Assembly: GCF_006345805.1 (NCBI RefSeq)
Contig: NC_043006.1
Coordinates: 96,534,001-96,598,000, forward strand
Direction: 5' to 3'
Length of the DNA stretch: 64,000 bases
Source: Octopus sinensis
Lineage: Eukaryota
The first letter of the stretch is position 1, and each line of letters begins with the position of its first letter. Positions 24,190 to 37,645 of the stretch are shown here, piece by piece. A program made the position numbers and the translations under genes. The notes beneath the pieces were generated by a model. The model was not told the origin of the DNA and did not search any database. It worked only from the letters and a program-made list of their open reading frames with translations.

Positions 24190-24830
24190 TCTGTCATTCT
24201 AAAATGAAGTTGTTGATGGATATATTCCCCGTGTTTATAGGAATTTTTTAATAAGTTTTCAGAGGTGTATATGCATTGGTGTTTTGGATTTCTGAAATCC
24301 TCACTAAAACCGGTGAGATTGATGTAGATCAATGTGAAACCAGTTCTAATCGTAGTGGTTGCAACCGTGTAAATTGCTATAGAGGCACTCATGTGGTTGT
24401 AGCCAAGGGATGATGGTAGTGGCGAGTGGAGAGGGTAGCGTGGTGGTGGAACCAAGAGACTGTTGAGGCTGTTGGATATACAACTAAAGTTTGTCTTTCC
24501 AGAAAATGTTTCGACGATGAGTACTTCACGTATTGGGGCAATCCAACTTCTCATTCCTTGAATTATTACAGTCAATAGATAAGTAATATACAGACACGTT
24601 AACGTTATTGCAAACATCAAACAAACTTAACCTGACAGAATGTGACAAGGCTGGCACTGAGTAACGGATACAATCTATCCGACTGGCATTCAAATAAGTC
24701 TCCTTTTTGTGTACCAGGTTTTAACCATAAGATTTGGACCGACAGTAGGCTATGTTGCTACCCGAAACTTCATAACTGTGAATTGAACTTCATAATCGTT
24801 CGGTCATGACCCTTATTAACCTATTCAAGG
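24190..24830 (-). mobile_element. decayed Penelope-like RT fragment
   Basis: IYTVATTTIRT...FSED....CIYTSENLLKNSY resembles the PLE thumb pattern (RA.R.CS...F..E...I...L..NGY); faint GVA..P..GP.L further upstream. Confidence 0.4.
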
Positions 24831-25095
24831 ATCACGTGTCTCTGTTATAATCTAGCGATGCCTCAGCTATTTTGGTGTTGGGATTTTACTATGTATGGAG
24901 ATATATAAGTTCTTCCATATGTGCTCATCACTAACTACAACTTATTGTCAGTGTTTATCTTTTTAACCTTACAATTTACTGCGAGATCAGCTGTTTCAAG
25001 AAGACAATGAATCAACTGGCCAAGCTAATGTCATTCTGTCTGTAACATGTCCTGCTCTCTGACACTAATATCTTTGAAAATAAACAGCTTCGACC

Positions 25096-25310
25096 AAGGC
25101 GACAAGTTGGCAGCGTGATTAGATCGTTATAAATATATTTTCGTAGTATTTGTTTCCACTCTTTGAGCTTTAGGTTCAAATCTCGCTGAGTTTAACTTTA
25201 CCTTTCGTCCTTTTCGCTTTCGATAGAAATGTATCAATCGAGGGCGGAGTATTGGAAGAATACTAAACCAAATCCCTTGCGATATTTGTTCCGCTTCTCT
25301 CAGTTCAAAT
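25096..25310 (+). mobile_element. old SINE family B copy
   Basis: AAGGCGACAAGTTGGCAG...AGGTTCAAATCTCGCTGAGTTTAACTTTACCTTTCGTCC. Confidence 0.5.
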
Positions 25311-25509
25311 CACACTATGGCTTACCGAGTGAAAGACAATCCTTCGCTCAATTTAATTATATTTGACATTATGCATACATTGGATTAGGTTTCCGATTTA
25401 AGAATGACTTTTTTGCTGTCTCAGAGTACCTGTAAAACATCAAGGACACTGTGTGACTAATAGAAACAACAAAATAATAGTAAAACGACTAAAATTAAAA
25501 AGAGTAGTA

Positions 25510-25924
25510 GGATCTTTTCGGTTTGAACGGCAGCTTTTAACATAATTTCTAGGTAACTGAAAAATTTTAAACTTCGTATACTGGTAGAAAGTGTTCATAA
25601 AACACCTTTTTCTCTTGGCTTTATTGAGAAAATTCTATAGTTTGTAAGATATTTGTTGTTGTTTTTCTTCAATTTCTGCAATCAAATACGTCTATTGAGG
25701 TAAAAAGCATTCTGTGCCGTATGAATATGTCCCTCGTATAAGAAACAGATTGGATTTATTTACATTAGTGAAGAAGAAAAGATACCTTTCCCCCACCCCT
25801 AACCTAACTAACCCTAACCCTAAAACAGATTGAAATGCAATAGATCGATACTAGGGTCATAATTATGGGTGACAATTTCATATGACACCGGTAGAAAAAA
25901 CTGCCGTTCAAACCGAAAAGATCC
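25510..25924. mobile_element. MITE, 415 bp, 24-bp perfect TIRs, 8-bp TSD
   Basis: TIR GGATCTTTTCGGTTTGAACGGCAG / CTGCCGTTCAAACCGAAAAGATCC; TSD GAGTAGTA at 25502-25509 and 25925-25932; internal CCCTAA-like repeats at ~25795-25822. Confidence 0.95.
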
Positions 25925-26408
25925 GAGTAGTATCTCAAAAGGCGATAACAAAGCCTATACAGCCTCGTACTTATGAATCCATTAATGAGATATCTCTCTA
26001 TTGTTATTAGAGCTGATAAAAATTAGACTTAAACAAAAAAGAACTGACGGATTTTGGAAGATGTAACAACCACTCACATCAGCGACTATTAGCATGGCTT
26101 GTTGCCACACTGACAGGGACTTCTATCTAGAATTGATAATTGTAAATTTTAATATCTCTGGAAATGCTTGCTGAAATTCACAGTATGTGGATACCGTTCT
26201 CAATAGAAAATATTAAATCTTGATATATCGTAATTCTCTGCTCAATATAATGTTAAAAGGACACCCCATCGAATATTAAAAAGAACAGCTCAACAAATAT
26301 TAGTCCTGATGGTGGAAGCTACTGGTGTTTTGCTATCTGGGGGTTAGTGACCATGTAAAGCCATTGCTATGTTGTTTTTCTTTCTTCGTGTAACACTCTG
26401 CTTTGTTT

Positions 26409-26805
26409 AGGCGGTGGGAGCTGGCAGAACCGTTAGCACGCCGGGCGAAATGCGTAGCCGTATTTCGTCTGCGGTTACGTTCTGAGTTCAAATTCCGCCG
26501 AGGTCCACTTTGCCTTTCATTCTTTCGGGGTCGATTAAATAAGTAGCAGTTACGCACTGGGGTCGATATAATCGACTTAATCCGTTTGCCTGTCCTTGTT
26601 TGTCCTCTGTGTGTTTAGCCCCTTGTGGGTAGTAAAGAAATAGGTATTTCGTCTGCCGTTACGTTCTGAGTTCAAATTCCGCCGTGGTCGACTTTGTTTT
26701 TCCTTCTTTCGGGGTCGATAAATTAAGTACCAGTTTCGTACTGGAGTTGATCTAATCGACTGGATCCTCCCCAAAAGTTTCGGGCCGTGTGCCTAGAGTA
26801 GAAAA
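26409..26805 (+). mobile_element. SINE family B dimer
   Basis: Same AAAGAAATA|GGTATTTCGTCTGCC junction as 20501-20924; the second unit ends in the alternative GTGCCTAGAGTAGAAAA tail. Confidence 0.92.
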
Positions 26806-27117
26806 GAGCACTCTGCTTTCTTTCAAAATGCCGATTACATTCTGGTTCACACCTGACTACACACTCCTGCCCACACATACCCACACCCACCCACACAATT
26901 ATATAAACATATACATATATATACCCGCATATTCATACATATATAGATATATATATACATATACATACATATATATATAATATAATATATATATATATAT
27001 ATTATATTTCAGAATGGTCATTTTGCCAGTTTAGCCAATAAAAACACACGCACTATATAATTGGTGTTACTATATATATATATATATACAGTATATATAT
27101 ATAAATATGCATGCATG

Positions 27118-27160
<43 letters not shown>

Positions 27161-27173
27161 ATATATATATATT

Positions 27174-27248
27174 ATTTATTATATAGAAGGAGCTTCTACA
27201 GGACTAGAACTGTTTCAGTCCTGTAGAAGCTCCTTCTATATAATAAAT
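27174..27248. repeat. perfect 32-bp-arm hairpin, 11-nt loop
   Basis: ATTTATTATATAGAAGGAGCTTCTACAGGACT-AGAACTGTTTC-AGTCCTGTAGAAGCTCCTTCTATATAATAAAT. Confidence 0.97.
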
Positions 27249-27315
27249 TAATTTTACTCTGCTATGTATTGAGTACCTTATTTACTGTGGTTAACCCCGA
27301 ATCAACCCGGGACCT

Positions 27316-27393
<78 letters not shown>

Positions 27394-27650
27394 ATCACTA
27401 TCGAACTAATGAATCCTCTGACCTTCCTTTCATTCATTCATTAATTCATTCTTTCTTTCTTTTTTCTTTCATTCTTTCATTCATTCTTCCTTTCTTTCTT
27501 TCTTCATTCATTTATTTAGTAATCTTTTTCTTTTAGTTCGTATTATTTCAGTTTATATAATTTATTCGTTACATATTCTTTTCTGTCTTTCATTAAAACG
27601 TTCTCACCTTCTGTGTCTGTCCTTCTCTCCTTGCCTCTTTACAGTATCAG

Positions 27651-27681
<31 letters not shown>

Positions 27682-27954
27682 GGCTCTCCTCTCTATAGTT
27701 TCTGCTTTTCATCGCAAGTGTGACAGATGGAACAATTCTAAAAACATGTTGATTCGTTTCCTCGTTTCTTTGACACAATATTCTCCACTTTTTATTTCTT
27801 TAACTGCCTCAATATTTCTTCCACAGATGCAATTCTCATTCCCCCACCCCTAGTTTTCATCTTTTGTTTTTTTTCTGTTTTGTTTGTTTGTTTGTTTCTT
27901 TGTCCCTCTCTCAAATTATTCTCTCATCCAGACAGTCTGAAACATAGTTGTGTT

Positions 27955-28220
<266 letters not shown>

Positions 28221-29149
28221 CTGAACAAAAATCTAAAAACAAACTATAAAAAAATACAATCTTTCAAATGGCCCCATGTAGTCTTCCATAGTCTTGCGCC
28301 CAATTCGATAAAGAAAATGACTAATAAAACAAAAACACGCAAATACCTAAATAAAAAGAAATGCAACAAAAATACCATACACACAAATAAAGCACACACA
28401 CACACACACATACACACGCACACACACACATGCGCATGCACACACACACATACACACACACGCGCGCGCACACACATATATAAAAGAAGATAGATTTATA
28501 AAGCAGTTACAATATGGCATCAAATGACCCTTGTCGTATTAGAATTCTGGCGCGGGAGAACGAATTTAAACGTGAGACGAATGGAAGGAATACGTATTGT
28601 GGCATAGTAACCATACCGAACGAGATAAGCTATCAAGAAGGATTAATGGAGATTATTGGAAATAAATGAGCCTCGTGAAAATTTTCGAATCTGTCCAATT
28701 GCATTTGTCCTCCTTCCTCTCTTTCTTTCACTCTTTTTCTCCTCACTCATACTCTGTCTTTGTCTGTTTCTCTCTTTCTCTCATTTTCGACCCACCTCCA
28801 TCTTGGCTAGCTGTGACATGATAAAATGGATGAAAGCTGTACGGAATTGAGAAAATATATCGTTTGGCTGGCAGTGACGAAACCATTTTTCTTGACAAAA
28901 CTTCAAGTTCTCGGACTTGGATTTCGCTATTTATTATTAATGTTGTTGTTGTTGTTGTCATCATCGCCGCCGGTGTCATTGTCGTTGCCGCTGTTATCGT
29001 TGTTCTTGTTAATGTGGTTGTTGTCTTGGTTCATATTATAGTCAGATTTATGGAATCATAGAGTTAGTTGAAATAATGAAGTCAGACAAACATGAGGTAT
29101 GGTAATACTTTTGTGGTGCGGTATAGCAGAGTGTAGAGTCAATTTTATT

Positions 29150-32100
29150 TTATAAACAAGTCGTAGTGTAGTATCGTATAACATTCCAAGTATTCAAGTA
29201 TAACGTTTGTAAAAAGACCGTACGATGTAAAACGAAGAATCCTGATCAAATATACCTATTATCCATAACAAATTTTGTCATGGCCATCAATCTGTTCTCT
29301 TCGGGTGTATAGTTTCCAGGCTAATATTATCGAATGTAATCTCCATTTTAAAAATAACTGTTTATGATGTGATGCACATTTGGCTGTCTTTTCTTGCAGG
29401 TTGTAGACACTCCATCTTTGTTTTGGGGGATGGTGTAGTTTGAATGTAAATGTAGTTATCCGATTAAACTTTTGTATAAATTATGAAGTGTTAAATATTT
29501 TAGTTTTCCACTAATTAATTAGTCGAGAACAAGTAGCAGCACCCATGAACTTGGTACGCTCCCTTACTGGGGTAATGAAGGCCAGTGTTACTTCGTGTTC
29601 AGGCTTTAGTTGTGAAATCGCCAAATAATCAAATATCAGGAGTAATCTACTAAGATTATTAACAAGCTTTAACCGATTTATTCTTTTAGATGCGTATCCT
29701 TTACGTTTATAATTCCATCTCTGTGAAATAACATCACTAAATATAATCTTTAGATGGTTGGACTTTAAAAAGGCTTATTTTAAAATCCAACAGAATACTG
29801 ATGACCAAACTCTGCTGCATTTGAAATAAAATATGTAAAATATCTTCTCGGTTGAAGAATACTGGGAACAGAACTGTTTTTCAAAGATAAATTGTAAACA
29901 ATTTGAATGCATTTGCTTATAGTGATGATATAGTATATGTGAAACACGGCAATAAATAAAAAAGCCTGTACAGTAGAATACATAATAATTAAAATAATAT
30001 ATAATTAAAGGAAATAGCAGGAAAGATCACTGGTTACATTGAGTAAGGAAACTTCACGATCCAGTTCGTCTGACCATTCCTCAAATAGTGTACGAGTGCA
30101 ATCGCATGCCCCAGTAAGCATTTTTGAAGCATTTGGTGTTGATGAACTTAAACGTCTTCGGAGCATATTTTAAAAAAATTCTGTGGAACGTCTTAGTTTA
30201 AATTTTACTAATAATTTATCTTTTGCATGTTGTTTACATTCTAAACCTAATTGTTTTGGTACCATTCTAACGTCTTTAGAAAGTCCTTGGCATCACAGAT
30301 ACGTAATTCTATTTAGCATTTGTTTATTTGATTTTCGAGGGACGGCGAATCTCAATTCTTCTTTGTCTTCATTTTCCTTAATAATTTTTTCGAGGAGAAG
30401 TACCATTGATATTTTCATGAAATACTTCCTTCCCACTTGCTTTAGTTGCTTTTTGTTGAGTCTTGAATTACCTTTCTTTGAGACGTTTTTCCATTGTTTA
30501 TCCTTTCTTGCTTCTACCGATAGTTAGTAGGTATTCATTCGCCTTTAAAATTTCGTCATTATTGCGTAATGATGGCATGGTCCAATTTGTTGGCATATTT
30601 TGAGGACGCGATGGTTTTTAATATATTTTTAATACTACATAAAACTACATAAAAGGATTTCTTTTGATAGTCCCAGAGCTTTTGATGATGGGAGCCTGGA
30701 AAATTTTTTTTCTGTTTCGCTTCTGCTCTTGTGACTGATCATAATTTCCGTTTAGAATTTTCTCTGCTTAGTGTTTCCAATTCAGCATGCCTTTAGGTGC
30801 TGAAGTGTATTTACTATGACAAAATTAGCGACTAGGCTTTCTGCTCTGTATCATTAATTTTGTTCTGTTTGTCACGGCGTATTCTACTGGGCACAGTTCC
30901 GATGTGGCTGAATACTGCTGAAAAGGAAACATCTGAACCGGTTTGTGACGTTTTTGCACACATCTTTTCTATCAACTAGTTACAGTCAACCCAAACGTGC
31001 ACCGAAGATAGTGTTCCATTCACTAACTAGCACTAAAAAACAGGACAGTCCTATGAGAACTACCAGACACCTGAAGTAATCCAGCCGTTATTTTAGAGCA
31101 TAAGCTACTTTTCTGAAGGCATCCTTAAACTATTATTTACGCACATAGCATCAGATTACTATTTGGATTCCAGAAGCTTGTCCATATCGTAAGATCGAGG
31201 TCCTTTCAACATAGTACGGAAGTTTATCTATTCTCGGGATACTTGGATATAAGTTCATCCCATATCCGCTGAAGAGGGCCAGTAATCCTTGTGGATCGGA
31301 AGCTTTGGCCCGTCAGCTGGCATTCTCATCTATATCTCGTGACCTGAGCTCGTTGACCAAGCGGTTCTGCTTTCAAGATGACCACGGGCTACGTTAATTT
31401 AAACTGTCTGTTCTGAGTAATACTACGTTCGAAAGAAAGAGGAAGATTAGGAAGGACCATTTACCCTATTCGTGCGGAGGGACAGGTAGTTGGTCCCTCT
31501 GACTGGGTTGGATATTCCTTATAAAATCTTTTATTGATGTTGCCTCTGAAATTTCCTCCTCTGTTGGGATATTTTTATTTTTGTTGACGTTGTATATGTT
31601 TTTAATGGCTTGAGTGATTTTATGAGTATCCTTTTGATATTTGCTGGTGTGATAGAATCATTCTGAGTAACGTCTGCATGTCGATGTGTTTCATTAATTC
31701 CATATTATTTGTATTTATGGCAGTACACCTTATAATGTTTCTCAGTGGCTATCCTAGGTTTAGGTGTAAAATAAGGTTTTCGGGCGTTTGTGATTATGAT
31801 TGTCTTTAGCGCTGTTGGTGATTTTAATGGTGTTAATGGTCATAGAGAAAATGGTGCTGCTATTGTGGCTGGAGCGGGTGTTGGTTTAATGGTTAAGGAA
31901 TGAGTTTCGTGCCTCCGTTTGCACATCCCAGTTTTTTTTTCCTGCTCCAGTGATACTTTAACTTTTCTCTTTTCTTGTATATTATTTGCCATTTGTTTTC
32001 TTGTCCGTTATCTTCACCACACAAGATGTCTAAGTGGTTCCAGCCGGGGCGGGGCATGTTTTGGATAAGTCATTATCCTTTGTTTTGTTGTTACTTAAGG

Positions 32101-33760
32101 ACTTTCAGTTACTGCTTTTGTTGGTGATGTGGTGGGCCTTGAAGGCAGTGTTTCTTTTGATGTTTTTATTGTTTGTGTTACCAGTTTCTGTGTTGTTTTT
32201 GTTGTTGTTGTTATTGTTGCTGCTGCTGCTTTTGCTTCTGTTTCTGCTGCTGTTACTCCATCCTTTTTGCAGTTGCTGGTTTTAGTGTTGCAGCTGCTCT
32301 CTGCTTTCGATACTGTTGTTTATGCTTTTGGCGTTGTTGACGCTGTGGACCTTTTTGCTCTCCTTTGCTGTGGACAGAAAGCCTTGTGGTGGTTTGTGTC
32401 ATTACTCTAATGACAACTTTGCTTTCTCTCCTCAACGTCCAAACACAGCTTTGTGCCGCCTATGACACTGATCTGGCACCGGATGGATTCTATGTTTTCT
32501 TGATTTGTTTGAATCAATATCTCCATCTATTAGCCTGGCTAATTTTCGTTGTGCAGCCACTGGACCTGCAAAATATTAGTCTTGTTTTCTATGTCGAAGA
32601 CCTCACTATCAATTTGCTCTAACATAACGGCCGGATTACTTCAGGTGTCTGGTGGTTCTCATAGGACTGTCCTGCCTTTTAGTGTTAGTTAGTGAATGGA
32701 ACACTATCTTTGGTGCACGTTTGGGTTGACTGTAACTAGTTGGTAGAAAAGATGTGTGCAAAAACGGCTCCCTGTTGTACTCTTTCGCCACAACTTATCA
32801 ACTATGTTTATCCATACAGCTCTGTAGTCAAATTAAATTGGTATGAAGACCAGTTCGTCACTTCTTAGTATTGTGGAGTGCAACATGGGCTCATTCTTTC
32901 TCGGGGAACTTATCTCTACCATGCAATATCTTTCTTTCTACCCACGTATATTTTCGTTCCCCAAGTCAGTCTTAGGTGTTTTTCTATTTTTTGCTGTGTG
33001 GCTCGTTCTATTTTTCGGCTTTTTATTGCTATCAATATATAAGTTACGCTTTCCATATTGATTTCTTGTTGGATGGATTTGTGAATGTCTACATTTGTTT
33101 CGGCTAGACGTCGTAAGGAAGTTTATTGCATTTTTTATTTCTTGAGTCATTAATTTAATTCTTTTCTCTGATCGCTCGGCTTTGCGAACCCGGCAACTTT
33201 GGCGTTGTTAACTGCGATATGTTCATGTTTATGTGTTACTGTTACTAGTTGTGGTGGTGGTGGTGAAGGTGGTGAAGGAAGAAATTTCAGTTGAGTTGGA
33301 AAGACAATTTGACTTTTCCTCTTTCTGTTTCTCTTGCATATTGTTTTTAGTTTTGCGGTTGCTTTGATCGGCATGGTTTGTAGTGATGCTGGTAGAGGTG
33401 GTTGTAGTGGTGGTGGTAGAGGTGGTTGTAGTGGTGGTGGTTGTAGTGGTGGTGGTGTTAGTGTTTCTCCCGCATGTCTTTTCATTTGTGTTGTTTTCGT
33501 CAGTGTTGTTATTGTTGTTATAAACATTACTAATGTTGCCCTTACAGTGTCTGTAATGAACAGTAGTGGGAAATTAGTATTGTATTGGCTGTTGGAACAG
33601 CCAGCTGCCACCTGGATTTGTGAAGTCATACTGCTTCTTTTCTGATATACAAGCTCAAAATTTGACGCCTCGATCTTTGAGTAGTCGATGTTACCTGCTA
33701 GGCTTTGTGCTGTAAAGAATGAGAATTAACAGAATATTTGCCGAAGATACTATAGTATTT
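29150..33760 (-). mobile_element. rearranged L1/Tx1-like LINE relic (ORF1 with CCHC, APE, linker, RT, C-terminal zinc finger)
   Basis: Minus strand: ORF1-like region with a decayed knuckle CH*SNDTNHHKAFC (~32370), APE-like INFRTM (~31230) and FVIVN..AP (~30830), Lys-rich linker with RSTEFF*NML.RR (30000-30560), and TCKKRQPNVHHIINS finger (~29380). RT motifs WLDFKKAY and AYSDD lie on the plus strand (29750-29940). Confidence 0.6.
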
Positions 33761-34118
33761 GTGCCTAAGAAGAAAATTTGGTTTCATATATTGAAGACTC
33801 AGGGTATGTTAGTCCTCTAGCTTTTCGTATAAGAGGCATTAGACCAGGTTATCTTCATTTCCTGATTTCCATACAGTTATTCATACTTGAAAGCATCTAA
33901 TTTTGTTAAGTTTTCATATTATTGCCATCTGTGGTGCAGCTATGTTTTCGGAATTAGAACCAGTGGAAGTTCTAGGAGGTAGTTTTTTATCGCCTATATT
34001 AGACACCTGGCTTTTTGATTTCAGATTTTTATAGCTGTAGGATTTAATGGTTCACCTCTACTTTTATACACGAATATAGAAATACTGTGATGAATATAGA
34101 TGAATACAGAGATACTAT

Positions 34119-34434
34119 GGAGGCGCAATGGCCCAGTGGTTAGGGCAGCGGACTCGCGGTCGTAGGGTCGCGGTTTTGATTCCCAGACCGGGCGTTGTGA
34201 GTGTTTTTGTTGTGAGCGAAAACACTTAAAGCTCCACAAGTCTCCGGCAGGGAGGGGGCGGCTCCTGTTGTACTCTTTCGCCACAACTTTCTCTCACTCT
34301 TTCTACTGTTGGCCTGCTCGCTTAGCCAGCGGGCGGGGGGGGGGCGTCACTTGAAGGCTAAAACAATGCGAAGCGCATTGTGACCAGCAACGTGTAGCAA
34401 CATCTGATAGCCTGGTCGGTCACGTGATCACGTG
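34119..34434 (+). mobile_element. tRNA(Arg)-like-headed SINE family C, tail variant 1
   Basis: GGAGGCGCAATGGCCCAGTGGTTAGGGCAGCGGACTCGCGG head (TCG in anticodon position); ends CACGTGATCACGTG; degenerate TSD TA(C/T)AGAGAT(A/G)CTAT. Confidence 0.9.
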
Positions 34435-34663
34435 TTATAGAGATGCTATGTAGATTATGCTATTCTGCCTTCCTCAATGAACGGTGGAAGTCGTTCTCTT
34501 TCTAGTTATGCTATTCGATGATATTTACGAGGTCTCAATATTAAAATTAAACACATACCTACAGGAGAACAAAGGAACCGTACAAGAAAGATCTCTACTT
34601 ATCAAAAGCTAAGGGCCAGCAGTAAGATATTCTAATTTCATCTATTTCTCTAATTCAAATTCT

Positions 34664-34805
34664 CCGTAACTTAGCGGTCCGGCAAACGAGACCGATAGAA
34701 TAAGTACTAGGCTTACAAAGAATAAGACCATGGGGTCGATTTGCTCGACTAAAGGCGGTGCTCCAACATGGCCACAGTTAAATGACTGAAACAAGTAAAA
34801 GAGTA
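34664..34805 (+). mobile_element. SINE family A, 3' half
   Basis: CCGTAACTTAGCGG...GACTGAAACAAGTAAAAGAGTA. Confidence 0.9.
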
Positions 34806-35013
34806 TACAGAATATTACATGTCTATTAAAAGCTAGAGTGCCCCCCCCACACGCACACACACATAGACACACATACACACACACCACATATGTATGTATA
34901 TCCGTACGCTCATATACATGCATACATTCATACACACACACACGCACACACATACACATATATATATAGAATAATAATAGATTATACATTTTGTAATTCA
35001 TGCACACATGCAT

Positions 35014-35468
<455 letters not shown>

Positions 35469-35542
35469 ATAAAATATTATCATGTGGAGAATCCGGGCAT
35501 TATATAATCATTTATAAAACAGAGTCCATATTATATGTGTAA

Positions 35543-36506
35543 CTAACAGAGATACCCGGCCTTGCTCGAGATTAACATGGCATAGGTTTTTATTGTTTTA
35601 CTTTTTTCAGGTATATGACTGCGGCCATGCTAGACCACCGCCTACTAATTATTTTATCAGTGGCTTTTGCCGAGCCGCTAAGTTATAGGTATGTAGACAC
35701 ACCAACATCGGTTGGGAAGCAATGGTGGGAGTACAAACACACACACGTACACACACTAATTACACATATATACGACAGTGTTCTTTCAGTTTCCGTGTAC
35801 GAAATCCACTCACAAGGCTTTGGTGGGCCACAAGCTATAATGTATATATACAAGAAAGAAAAGTGGTGGTAGTGGGGGTTGACGTTCAGGTGTACTTGTA
35901 GACATTAACCGATTTGGCTGGTATTTTTAGCACGTCCTACTACCACTGAACAGGTATTTGCAAATAGCTGTTACGTCGTAGCAACGCGTGCTACGCTAAC
36001 CCTTACCAGTGTGCGCAGTAAAATATCTGATGAAAAACAATCAAAGAATTTGCAAACGTTATTGTCGGGCCCCTCGTATCATTAATAATATCTGATACAA
36101 GTTACCGCCTTTGTATCGTCCGACATGTTTGCTTATACTCATTAGTGCTCGTTTTCCGTGTTTTATTTTTTAGTATAAAATATTTAAGAATAGGGTTTTC
36201 ATCTATCTTGGATATATTTCCCATTTTCATATTTTTTTTTTAGAAATTAGGCATCATTTTCTTGGAGAGGTGCGCTTCTAAAGAAGCACCGAAAATTGTA
36301 CGTGTACCGTTGCATAGACGTGGTGGGTTCAAATTCCAGGCGAATTATGAGTTGTCTGTTTATGTTGGTGGCGCGGAATTTCGAGGAAAAAAATTATAAG
36401 AAAACGCGTCCTAAGTCAAAGAGAGCACACATGTCGTATTTGGTGATATTCGGTTGAAAATTGTAGGAGTAGAAGAGGTTCACACAACACACAGACAACT
36501 TGCCTT

Positions 36507-36515
<9 letters not shown>
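35543..36515 (-). mobile_element. probable non-autonomous Helitron interrupted by a SINE A fragment (35595-35840)
   Basis: Minus-strand 3' end CGAGCAAGGCCGGGTATCTCTGTTAG|T at ~35543-35568; 5'-end-like ATATTAAAAGGCAAGTTGTCTGTGTG at ~36490-36515 running into a TA tract. Confidence 0.45.
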
Positions 36516-36565
<50 letters not shown>

Positions 36566-36599
36566 ACCTTATATAAACCTCTATGTGCTTGTGCGTAGA

Positions 36600-36671
36600 T
36601 ATCTACACACATGCATATATATATATATACATACGTACATACATGCATACATATATACATACATATATGCA

Positions 36672-36705
<34 letters not shown>

Positions 36706-36880
36706 CATACACTCATACATACGTACATACATACATACATACATGCATGCATGCATACATACATACATACATACATACATACATACATACATACATTACA
36801 TACATACATACATACATACAAACATATATACATATATACATACATACATGGATACATACATGCATACATCTGCACATATA
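36600..36880. repeat. (TACA)n microsatellite, degenerate
   Basis: Direct reading. Confidence 0.95.
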
Positions 36881-37509
36881 TCGCCAGATGATTCTGGGCC
36901 CAAATGCATGCAACTGTCAATGATCTTTACTGATTATTTCCCTTCCATGTATTCCATTGTTCCCGCCTTTTCATTTTCTCGTCAATCTTCCACGATATTC
37001 TCGTTGGCAACGATAATAGTCGGGAGTAAAAAGGAAACAGCCATTTTGCTATTATTTTCCTTGATATGTCTGTCCAAATTCCTTACTTTTATTCTCATTT
37101 CCTACATCAGTTTTCAATCCTTATTTATTTACTTTTTTTTTTCTTTATATATTCTTTCATTTTTATCTGTTGTTCCTATGTCTCACTTTGTTTTTATGTA
37201 TGTTTGTTTAATTTTTTGTTGTTTAGTTTTCCCTTATGTTGTTGTTCTCCACATCTTTGGGTTCTTTTCTTGTTTAACGGATTATTTCGTTCCTCACCCC
37301 ACCCCAATATCTTGATATTTGCTGATATTTTACGTTTTGTTTTGACTTTTTATAACACTTTTTCCTTCTCTCTTTTTTCTGCTCCTTCAATTTCTAATTT
37401 TTCTTTCATTCTTTCTCTCCTTTTTTTCGGTCGTTCTTTCATCATATTCTTTATGTCCTATATTCTGTATTTCTTTCCGACTTTGTTTCTCTTTATTCCC
37501 TTTTTCATT

Positions 37510-37585
37510 CTACCTACCTACCTACCTACCTACCTACCTACCTACCTACCTAACTACCTACCTACCTACCTACCTGCCTGCCTGA

Positions 37586-37642
<57 letters not shown>

Positions 37643-37645
37643 ATT
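37510..37645. repeat. compound tetranucleotide (CTAC)n-(CTGC)-(CTAT)n
   Basis: Direct reading. Confidence 0.95.

Noticed and set aside
34119-34195. tRNA-Arg gene (also the other SINE heads and 53502-53575)
   Set aside because: Acceptor and T stems do not pair, and the sequence continues into a SINE or pLTR body.
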